A DNA stretch of 64,000 bases from the NCBI RefSeq assembly GCF_006345805.1, contig NC_043007.1:2046001-2110000 (forward strand). Direction: 5' to 3'. Of the stretch, positions 53,921 to 64,000 are shown piece after piece (within the stretch, counting starts at the first letter, position 1; the number at the start of each line of letters is the position of its first letter). Position numbers and translations under genes: made by a program. Under the pieces are notes generated by a model. The model saw nothing but the letters and a program-made list of their open reading frames with translations. It was not told where the DNA came from and did no database searches. The stretch comes from Octopus sinensis (lineage: Eukaryota).

Positions 53921-54482
53921 TGTACTTGTACTTTTGTGACAGCGTTTACCCAGGGCGGGTTGAGCCGGCTTCTTCTCTGGTCCTAACGGCTTCTCGGACC
54001 ATGGCGGCCCACGCTTGACAGTCCCATGCGATGTCACTGGAGATAGCAAGTCATTCGTGGTTCCATCTGCGTAGACCGACCACCTGCGGATCTGAGAATT
54101 CGGAGGGGTCCTCCTTTATTGTCGTTGCCCAGGTCTTCAGCTGCCCACCCGTGCGTTTGTGCCAGCTGGGAAGAGGAGGTGGGAGGAGAATATCGTGAAT
54201 CAGCTCACCCTCTGGACGCCAGGCCACTTGACTGAACCACCTTAAGCTCTGTTATTGAAGCACCGAAGGGAGGGGCCGGAGATTCAGGCGATGATGAAGA
54301 CCAGCTGTAGGAACCTGATCAATGGGTCGGCAGCGAAGAATGCGGTGGAGACAGTCATTCTTGAACACCTCCAGCCTTCGCTGATCGACTACCCTCATAG
54401 GCCATGTTTCACAACCATGGAGGAGGATAGCACGGACGACGGCCTGGTAGATTTGCCCTTTGGTCACTGAGGAGATCTCCTC
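53921..54482 (-). mobile_element. 5'-truncated RTE-clade LINE 3' end
   Basis: KGQIYQAVVRAILLHGCETWPMRVVDQRRLEVF..CLHRIL...LRWF...GGQLKTWATTIKED...TRPG*; (caagta) tail; imperfect TSD ctatcagggttg/ccatcaaggttg. Confidence 0.9.
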
Positions 54483-54601
54483 CATCAAGGTTGACTTTGC
54501 TTCTGGTTGATAAATAAAGTATAAGCCAACTACTGAGATCCACTGTAATTAACAAACCTCCTTCCCCTAAAATTACTTGCTTTGCACCAATATTTGCAAC
54601 A

Positions 54602-54636
<35 letters not shown>

Positions 54637-54899
54637 TCACACTCAAATCCATCTGGAACAAACGTTGGTTCTATGATACCAATTCCTATTTGAAAGAAAT
54701 CTAAATTACAACCTTTCATCGAAATATCAAATCAAGTTATATTCCAAACGACAAAGTTATATTTCAAAATTCTTCATAAATTTTCTGAAATTTGTCAAAG
54801 ATTTTCCAAATGCTCAAGAATGGTTTCACGTTAATTAATGCTTTCTGGTGCTCTCTTACTCAAACATTATCAGCCCTTCACACAAACACAATGTATGTC

Positions 54900-55124
54900 T
54901 CGTGGCCATTGCCAGTACCACCTGACTAGCCCTTGTGCCGGTGGCACATAAAAGCACCCACTACACTCTCGGAGTGGTTGGCGTTAAGAAGGGCATCCAG
55001 CTGTAGAAACTCTGCCAGACCAGATTGGAGTATGGTGCAGCCATCTGGTTCGCCAGACCTCAGTCAAATCATCCAAGCCATGCTAGCATGGAAAGCGGAC
55101 GTTAAACGATGATGATGATGATGA

Positions 55125-55125
<1 letters not shown>
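54900..55125 (+). mobile_element. family C element
   Basis: ggcgttaagaagggcatccagctgtagaaac...gttaaacgatgatgatg. Confidence 0.85.
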
Positions 55126-55167
<42 letters not shown>

Positions 55168-55448
55168 AAGCAATAAGAAAATGGAGGGGATCAAAGGTGG
55201 TATTCATTAACTTTGAGACATATTTATTTATTTTTAAAATATTATTTATAATAATATACATACATGTATGACAGATTATGCTTTACAGATATAAAAAATA
55301 CCAGTAATTATTAAAATATATAAAGTAGAACATAGAAAGTAGAATAGTTTCTTACACTTGTGTATTAATAATTGGGTATTTTACCAGCAGTATATTGGGT
55401 AGATATTATCCCTTAGTTGGTTGGATTCACAACCTCCAAATCTCTTGG

Positions 55449-55485
<37 letters not shown>

Positions 55486-55487
<2 letters not shown>

Positions 55488-55765
55488 CAAAATAAAAAAT
55501 GGAACAAAACGTAACAGGATACAACAAAACATCTGGACAGTTAGACAATACAAAGAAGGGCAGGAAAAAACAAGGACGGTTTATTCGGAGCCTTCTATTG
55601 TCAGTTGAGGCTGAAACTGCAGGAATAATCTGGAACTAGACTGATGATAGAAGGCTCCGAATGACCCGTTCTTTCTTGTTTTTTCCTGTTCTTCTTCACA
55701 TCATCTAACTGTCTGGATGTATGGTTGTCACCTGTTACGTTCTTGTTCCATTGTTTTATTTTTAT
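55486..55765. repeat. imperfect inverted repeat, about 120-bp arms
   Basis: 55486-55605 versus 55640-55765. Confidence 0.8.
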
Positions 55766-55811
55766 TTTTTTTTTATATATACACATAGTGGCATATGTTC
55801 ACTTTTGGTCT

Positions 55812-56040
55812 GAGCTGGCAGAATCGTTAGCACACCGGGCGAAATGCTTAGCGGTATTTCGTCTGTCGCTACATTCTAAGTTCAAATTTCGCCGAGGTCA
55901 ACTTTGCCTTTCATCCTTTCGGGGTTGATTAAATAAGTACCAGTTACGCACTGGGGGGACGATATAATCGACTTAATCCGTGTATCTGTCCTTGTTTGTC
56001 TTCTCTGTGTTTAGCCCCTTGTGGGTAGTATAGAAACAGG
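55812..56040 (+). mobile_element. tRNA-derived SINE family B monomer
   Basis: tgagctggcagaatcgttagcacaccgggcgaaatgc head through gaaacaggt end. Confidence 0.9.
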
Positions 56041-56043
56041 TCT

Positions 56044-56084
<41 letters not shown>

Positions 56085-56093
<9 letters not shown>

Positions 56094-56280
56094 GAATGGA
56101 GTTGAACGACTAGTTAACAAATATCCTTTATTCTCGACATATGTTTCGAAGGCTGCATATTCCTAATTCCGAAGGAATAAGGAGTACATCCTTGGGAATT
56201 AGGAATATGCAGCCTTCGAAACATATGTCGAGAATAAAGGATATTTGTTAACTAGTCGTTCAACTCCATTCTTTCATATA
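56085..56280. repeat. perfect palindrome, 86-bp arms, 24-nt spacer
   Basis: 56085-56170 is the exact reverse complement of 56195-56280 (checked base by base). Confidence 0.97.
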
Positions 56281-56438
56281 CATATAATTTTAACATAAAC
56301 ATACAAATTTCCGCACGAAGACACATAGTCTATGCCCTAGGGACATAGCTTCAACCATGTTCTTTCTGATGTGAATTTGCTACCCAGGTATCGGTTATCT
56401 TTCGAATTATCCTTAATAAGATAATTCATTCAACTACT

Positions 56439-56476
<38 letters not shown>

Positions 56477-57146
56477 CATACATATGTATTTGCTCAGTGG
56501 TGAAGCCATTTTTCTAAATGTAGCAGTTGACAAAGCTTGTTCACTGGTTTACAATTCCTGGTTGGAACCATATTATGGCTGTCTTTGACACTGATTTCCC
56601 TCAAGACAAATTATATAAGAACATATTATGGAAAGTTTGTCAGAAATATCTGAAATAAGATTACATTTGGCAGTGGGGTTTGTGATGCCCCATAGATTAT
56701 TCGGTTAATGTTCTTATTTCTTGACTCAAGTCTCGGTTTAATGGTTGCTGTTTATTAAAGACATTAAGCTGTAACATGCCAGCTCTAAGAATTCTTGTTA
56801 ATACACAATTATGCAAATAATATATACAAATGCATGCGACCTTTGAAAACTGATATAAGGATATCTTTTGGAAAATTAAGAAAATGATAATAACAGCAAC
56901 AACAATAATAATAATAAAAATAATGAAAATAAATAAATAATAATAATAATAATAGTAATAAATAATGATAATGATAATAAATAATAAATAATAATAATAA
57001 TGATAATAAATAATAATGATTAAAAAAAATAATGATAAAAAAAAAAATAATAATAATAAATAATGATAATGACAATAAATAATAATAATGATAATGATAA
57101 TAAATAATAAATAGTAATAATGATAATAATAATAATAATAATAATA

Positions 57147-57690
57147 AATGCCCTGATGCAGTACTAGGTAGTGGCTCTTATGGCTTCTGATCTTAACTGA
57201 TTGGAAGTGTTATCATGTACATTGTTTTGTTTTGGTATAAAAGATGGGCTACAGCAAATATTCTGCTTAATACCACAGATTTGCTTGTCAGTTGTTTGAC
57301 CTTAACAAGTTGAGCATGTCCCTTAGTGGCTGACAATATGTGCATCTCTGACCATGAGCAGATGTAGTGGGGGAGCATCATAGCTATGTGTTGAGAGGGA
57401 TTCTTTGGAGTTTGGATAATTCATTTCTGGAAGCATCCTTAAACAACCCTTATTCAGGGACCTTTAGAGCGGGATGGGTTACTCGACCAGAAGAAAATTC
57501 TAACTGGGCCCCACCTGCAAGTTCATGTGCTGTTTATCTTGATATGAGATCACCATGTCATGCACATATGGTTGTGATGCATGTGCCTGGTGTACCTTTA
57601 TCAGACGGGTAGTTATGATGGGTATACTGGGCTTCGTATATTTGTACCCCAGTGTCACTTTGATGACATGCACTGCTCTCTCACTCAACA
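57147..57690 (-). mobile_element. (TAA)n-flanked interspersed repeat family G, apparently full length
   Basis: AAT repeats on both sides; matches 15861-16165. Confidence 0.8.
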
Positions 57691-58331
57691 ACAACAATAA
57701 TACTAATAATAATATAGACCTAAATTTTGTGGCAGGGAGTCAGTCTAGTACATTAGTCCCAGTTTTCAATTGGTGCTTATTTTATCAACCCCAAAAGAAT
57801 GAAAGGCAAAGTAGACTTTGCTGGAATTTGAACTCAGAATGTAGCAACAGTTGAAATGCAACTTTCCACCTAAATAATGATAACAACAACAACAATAATA
57901 ATAATCCTTTCCACTATAGGCACAAGGACTGGATTTTTTGTGGAGAGTGGTGGGGAGTGGACAATTAATCACATTGACCCCAGTACTGGTATTTAATTTA
58001 TCGACCCCGAAAGGATGAAAGACAAAGTTGACTAGCACCCCCACTTAGCTCAAAACAATATCTGTGGGGGTGCTAGATTTCCTTGTTTGAAAATATAAGG
58101 ACACAGATCGTGTCGTATAGCCAGCTGGAGATGATGTCTCCCGGGGCTAAATTACAAACATTCATCCTATCCAAGAACTGTGTATTTCTACAGAAATTTG
58201 GTGACAAAGAATTAATTAATCCTGTTTATCACGGATCTTTAAAATTTCTCAGTTTTCAGATTCAAGTTTAATTATGTGAGGAACATTCAAAGATTCCATT
58301 TTCTAAATGATTTTATTTCTCTTTTTCTCAG

Positions 58332-58414
58332 ACCCCGTTTAGCTGAAATTGCTTCTGTTCTGAAGGCCATAACGACTTTGCTATTAAGTCTAAAGAAAGC
58401 TTCCCCAAACAATG
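58332..58414 (+). CDS. MON2: MON2 internal exon (last visible), (R)PRLAEIASVLKAITTLLLSLKKASPNN
   Basis: tctcag acceptor, G|gtaaga donor, 83 nt, phase 2-1; matches [27 protein letters not shown]; terminal exon not found in window. Confidence 0.92.
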
Positions 58415-58570
58415 GTAAGAACTACACTCTATTTTGATAACAACCTGATATCTGTACGTTTATGTATTTGTATATGCATGTAGGTGTGTGTGTGTTTAAT
58501 GAGAAAAACAAGAAGACAGAGAAAATGTTACTCAATTACAAATACAAATAACAAGAATAACAACAGGTGT

Positions 58571-58623
<53 letters not shown>

Positions 58624-58682
58624 GTGTATATATATGTATATATATATGTATACATACATACATACATACATGTATATATTAT

Positions 58683-59075
58683 AGGCGCAGGATTGGCTGT
58701 GTAGTAAGTAGCTTGTTTACCAACCACATGGTTCCGGGTTCAGTCCCACTGCGTAGCACCTTGGGCAAGTGTCTTCTACTATAGCCTTGGGCTGATCAAA
58801 GCCTTGTGAGTGGATTTGGTAGATGGAAACTGAAAGAAACCTGTCGTATATATGTATATATATATATATGTGTGTTTGTGTGTCTGTGTTTGTCCCCCTA
58901 GCATTGCTTGACAACCAATGCTGATGTGTTTACGTCCCCGTTACTTAGCGGTTCGGCAAAAGAGACCGATAGAATAAGTACTGGGCTTACAAAAGAATAA
59001 GTCCTGGGGCGAATTGCTCGATTAAAGGCGGTGCTCCAGCATGGCCATAGTCAAATGACTGAAACAAGTAAAAGA
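58683..59075 (+). mobile_element. tRNA-derived SINE family A, full length
   Basis: ggcgcaggattggctgtgtagtaag head to gaaacaagtaaaagag tail. Confidence 0.9.
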
Positions 59076-59120
59076 GTATATATATATATATGTATATGTG
59101 TATATATATATGTGTGTGTG

Positions 59121-59175
<55 letters not shown>

Positions 59176-59684
59176 GCATACATACCAAACTATCAAATGC
59201 TACTCATTTATTTTTGTATTCTTAAAAATTTAAATTCACATGATTTTATGTTTTTAAAATTTGATACAAAATATTTGATGGTGAAGTTAAAAAACTCTTT
59301 TCTTTCTGTTTCATTTTTTTCTGTAAGTTTTGAAAATTTTAAATTCTGTTTTTACTTTGCTTAAATTCTGAATATAAATTATTAAAAAATTTTTTTTTAA
59401 ATTATTTTTTTTAATCACCAAAAAAAAACCAGATGAATGTCCTGTAGTATTTATTCTGACTCTATGTGGCCCTAATCTTTCTGAGGTCAAATTTGCTTTT
59501 ATCCTTTTGGGGTCAACAGAAATTTACCAATCAAAGGCAGTGAATTGGTGGAATTCTGATGAGATGCCTTGTTGCATCTGTTGTGGCCTTTTCCATCCCG
59601 ATAGCAAAACCAGTGATAACACTAGTGCCAAACTGTATTGGCCCTAAGGTTAACACTGACTGTCAAGGATTCCTGAATATTTTA

Positions 59685-59908
59685 ACTTGTTTATTAACGT
59701 ATTTCTGTCAAAATACTTTGCCTTTGTTTTAATTAATTTTGAAAGTAATGAACAATTTTGTAAAATTACTTTATCATTATGAAGCTGGTGTTTGGAACAC
59801 AAAATTAGCATGAAATTTTGATGAAAGGTTTCCATTTAAATTACTTTGAAAGATGAAGTTTATATCAAACCAGGGTCAGTTTCAGATGAGCTGGCATTGA
59901 AACGGTTA
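59685..59908 (-). mobile_element. degenerate piggyBac-type MITE related to family 2
   Basis: similar body and gaaacggTTAA end. Confidence 0.5.
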
Positions 59909-60037
59909 AATAAGAGATGACCAAATGAGTAGAAAATTAGATGCATAAAAGACAGGAAAAGCCATTAGGGGTTATGTAAAACAAAACTTTATACAGAATA
60001 TGTTTTGAGTTTATTTGGTGATATGTGTGTAGGAATA

Positions 60038-60890
60038 TTGTACTCCTAGATACTTATAGCGCTCTCCTCCTTTCAATGATTTTAATGTCTGGCCATCTGG
60101 TAATTGGATGCCTTCGCTGTCGACTACCTATTTCTTTACTACCCACAAGGGGCTAAACACAGAGGGGACAAACAAGTACAGACAAACGGATTAAGTCGAT
60201 TACATCAACCCCAGTGCATAACTGGTACTTATTTAATTGACCTCAAAAGGATGAAAGGCAAAGTCGACCTCGGCAGAATTTGACCTCAGAACGTAACGAC
60301 AGACGAAATACCTATTTCTTTACTACCCACAAGGGGCTAAACTCAGAGAGGACAAACAAGTGCAGACAACCGGATTAAGTCGATTACATCAACCCCAGTG
60401 TATAACTGGTACTTATTTAATCAACACTGAAAGGATGAAAGGCAAAGTCGACCTCGGCGGAATTTGAACTCAGAACATAATGGCAGACAAAATACCTATT
60501 TCTTTACTACCCACAAGGGGCTAAACACAGAGGGGACAAACAAGGACAGACAAACAGATTAAGTCGATTACATCGACCCCAGCACGTAACTGGTACTTAT
60601 TTAATCGACCCCGAAAGGATGAATTGCAAAGTCAACCTCGGCGGAATTTGAACTCAGAACATAGTGGCAGACGAAATACTGCTCAGCATTTCGCCCAGCG
60701 TGCTAACGATTCTGCCAGCTCGCCACCTTTGCTGTTGACTACCTGTCCCCTTCTTGTGACTAATATTGCACACTTATCTATACCAAATTCTATGCTTGTG
60801 TATCCCCGCTGGAGAATCTTACAGTTTGTATTAACGAATCTAGCTCTTTTACAAGCGGTCACTTGATATAGGATTTCATCTACAAATATA
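60038..60890 (-). pseudogene. R4/Dong-like reverse transcriptase remnant split by a SINE trimer
   Basis: FVDE..KELDSLIQTVR..EFGIDKCAILVTRRGQVV (60726-60890) continues as VVDSEGIQLPDGQTLKSLKGGERYKYLGV (60038-60129). Confidence 0.85.
60130..60725 (-). mobile_element. trimeric SINE family B array flanked by one 19-bp TSD
   Basis: units start at 60127, 60311, 60495 (184-bp period); TSD at 60111-60129 and 60726-60744. Confidence 0.92.
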
Positions 60891-62281
60891 AAACTAAAAT
60901 GAAGTTTTTGTTTCAGTAAGAACTTAACAAAACACACAACAATATAATTTTTTGCACTGGTTTACATCCTTTATCTCTTGTTTTCTCTGTTCTTTTATTC
61001 TCATTCATTGTTTTAGCTTCTTTCGTTTTAGATCTTCTCCAACTTGTAAATTCCAATTTAATCAAATTCTCCTATCATACTAGTTTTGGTTATAAGCATT
61101 CATGATAAACATCAAATCAGAGTGTGAAATAGAATTATATAGCCTTCTCTCTTCCAAATAAACACAATATTGAAACTGCTGTTGTGAGGACTACAAAGAA
61201 CAGAGTTACAGAGGAAGGGAGAGTGAGTGTATTCGCTAAGCAGTAGAAAGCTGTTTCCAGACATGTCTTCAGATTTAACAGTTTTCATTGTTCTGAATTA
61301 TATTTTTATTTAATTTATTATTATTTTTTTAACATTGTCATTGTTTATTTTCTGCTTATCTAGAAGTAATTTTTTTTTTTTTTTTTTTTTACTACAAAAC
61401 AAAATATGATTATGATTTACTTCTCCTGTCTACAATGAACTTATGTTTTCTAAAGTTTGTGTCTGCCATAAATTTATGTTTACAATGAACTGATGTTGCA
61501 AGTTTAAAAGACACATTAATGTTTCATGTATACAAAAAAAAAAAAGAAAAATAGTTTGCACAATGGAATAAATGTTTATGCTGTGAGGAATTAAGTCAAA
61601 GAAGATTTGGAAAGACAGAAACTAAAACAAACAGAGAATAGAGAATATATACACTGATACAAAAAGCAGCACTTCAGTTGATAAAGACAGACAATAATAT
61701 ATTGTGGTGGTGTGTTGGTTAAGTTCTATCTGAAACAAAACTTGATTCACATTTTGATTTCAAGAGATGAAAAATCATATTTTGGTTAAATTATATAATT
61801 AATAACTTTGGGGGAAAAAACATATAACTGTTTTAAAACAGATGGAGAAATTTCAAACTGTTGCTTTGGTATAATGGTAGAAAGTCTGTCATGTTTATAT
61901 GTTTATAGAAGATGTGAGTTCGAGTCACATGGAGGGTCTTCAGCTTTTTACATCCAAGGATTATTTTTATCCAATAATCTTCATTCTGTTATTTATAGCT
62001 TTATCTACTTTCGGTTCCACCATTAGAAACGGTTTATAAATCTTAGAATTTACCATTTTTGCAGACTTACGCTCCAAATAATTCTAATAAGTGTTAGAAA
62101 ATGATTTTATAGTAACCAGTTCTTCAGTTTACACTCGTACACAAATTGGACATACATACACACACACACACATACACACACACATACATAACCACACATA
62201 CATACACACACACATACACACACACATACATACATAGATACACACATACATGCATAAAACACACACACATACATACATAAA

Positions 62282-62317
<36 letters not shown>

Positions 62318-62477
62318 CCCTTCATCGGAGACGGTGTGAGAGGATACCATTCTACCTAAAAAACGGATCTACAACTTCAATACCCATTCATATCTCGCAT
62401 CTATTTTCTTTCCTCCACCTCACTCTCTATTTTGTATTACATCTAAACTAACTATGACTTAACCATCCTCTCACAAC

Positions 62478-62525
62478 GTGTCTGATGAAGGGATATAATA
62501 AATATCCTAGAAACAGCTGTAAGAC
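62478..62525 (+). ncRNA. minimal type-I hammerhead ribozyme, third family, near intact
   Basis: GUGU-CUGAUGA(62482-88)-a-GGGAUAU aauaa AUAUCCU-a-GAAACAGCUGUA/AGAC; palindromic helix III ACAGCUGU, GUA triplet. Confidence 0.8.
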
Positions 62526-63059
62526 CTTCTATCTATAAATGCTCTAATATCTATACAGCCTTGGTTTTTTTTATCTTATTACGCAAAAAATTCTTATATA
62601 CACATGCTGACATATGACCAACGTTGAACCCCTTATTCGCAAAATCATCAAATCTGGAACTTAACTATGGTCTGTCTATAGCACTTATTCAGCATTACCT
62701 GACACCTTTGGGTCTCAATGACACCATTACCTATTATAACCTGGTAATGTCTAGTTATAGAATTTATAATCTTACCAATTTGAGAGTAGTGTAGACATAA
62801 TTTTGGTAGCAACTACTCTTCATAATTTACCTTTATTGATTTGTAGAGTATATCATTAACAAAATTTTAGTTAATTTCATTAAAGATTCATTTATTTCAA
62901 TTAACAGCCATACCATATAAATTTATAATCATTTAATTAAATTTATAATCACTTAATTCGAATCTCAATAACCTGGTCAAAGAATAAAATGAAATAAAAA
63001 TTAAACAAAATGAAATAAAAAGAACTTAAGTAGAGACATTTACATTTTTTGTCCTTGGA

Positions 63060-63545
63060 CAGTGGCCATGCTGGAGCACCACCTTGACAAGTGTAGTCAG
63101 CGGATCGCCCTCTGTTCTTGTCTGTTTCAAAGTCTGATACTTGTTCTGTCAGTCTCTTTTGCTGAACTTCTAAGTCATGAGGACATAAGCGAACCCTCTC
63201 TGGTTGATGAGCAACAGGGGCGTGAAGATTGACTCCCGAGGCTTGAGTTGGCCTGGGATTGTAGTAGAAGAGACTTGCTTAGGGTGCCACACAGTGGGAT
63301 TGAAACTGAAAGCACATAGTTGTGAAGTGAACCTTTTCACCACACAACCATACTCTCTTACTTGTTTCAGTCATTTGACTGTGGCCATGCTGGAGCACCA
63401 GCTTTAGTTGAAGAAATGGACCCCAGGATTTATTCTTTGTAAGCCCAGGACTTATTCTATCGGTCTCTTTTGCCGAACCGCTAAGTTATGGGGTGGTAAA
63501 CACACCAACAGTAGTTGTCAAGTGATGATGAGGGGGACAAACTTA
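63060..63545 (-). mobile_element. two fragmented SINE family A copies
   Basis: cagtcatttgactgtggccatgctggagcacc tails and cttattctatcggtctcttttgccgaaccgctaag segment. Confidence 0.7.
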
Positions 63546-63674
63546 TACATATACATACATACATACACACACATACACACACAAATATACATACATACAT
63601 ATATACATACATACATACATACATACATACATACATGTATATATATACATACATACATGTATATATATATATAT

Positions 63675-63865
63675 AATCATCATCATCATTGTTTAATGTC
63701 CGCTTTCCATGCTAGCATGGGTTGGACGATTTGACTGAGGGCTGGCGAACCAGATGGCTGCACCAGGCTCCAGTCTGATCTGGCAGAGTTTCTACAGCTG
63801 GATCCCCTTCTTAACGCCAACCACTCCGAGAGTGTAGTGGGCACTTTTATGTGCCACCGGCACAA
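63675..63865 (-). mobile_element. family C element
   Basis: catcatcattgtttaatgtccgctttccatgctagcatgggttggacg... Confidence 0.85.
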
Positions 63866-64000
63866 CACACGACAGGATTTTCTCTAAAGCATGTGGTTAG
63901 GAAATGAACTTTTCGACAAACTCCTTTCCCATCACAGCTCTAGTAGGATATTTAACGAAGGAAAAATCATTTTAGAGAAAGAATTTATTTCATGCAAAAA

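Noticed and set aside
175-63868. Most ORF-track entries ([12 protein letters not shown], poly-I/L/N/M)
   Set aside because: Translations of di- and trinucleotide microsatellites or SINE consensus; no splice or homology support

Overview
AT-rich, microsatellite-saturated animal genomic DNA; the repeat content and long introns suggest a cephalopod, most likely Octopus (inference). One protein-coding gene is supported: seven + strand internal exons (24518-58414, 787 nt, all GT-AG, compatible phases) encoding the C-terminal part of MON2. Its start and stop lie outside the window. The rest is non-coding and dominated by mobile DNA: several tRNA-derived SINE families, TTAA-flanked piggyBac-type MITEs, RTE, R4/Dong-like and CR1-like LINE remnants, palindromes, and minisatellites grown out of SINE segments. 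The most notable signal is a set of unrelated minimal type-I hammerhead ribozyme (HHR) motifs of the Penelope-like kind, mostly in inverted arrangements. In one family the HHR tail sits behind a tRNA-type Pol III head, giving a SINE-ribozyme hybrid. Almost all ORF-track entries are microsatellite artefacts. Exon coordinates were counted to the base; repeat ends are approximate (about +/-10 nt). All similarities are from recall, with no database search run.
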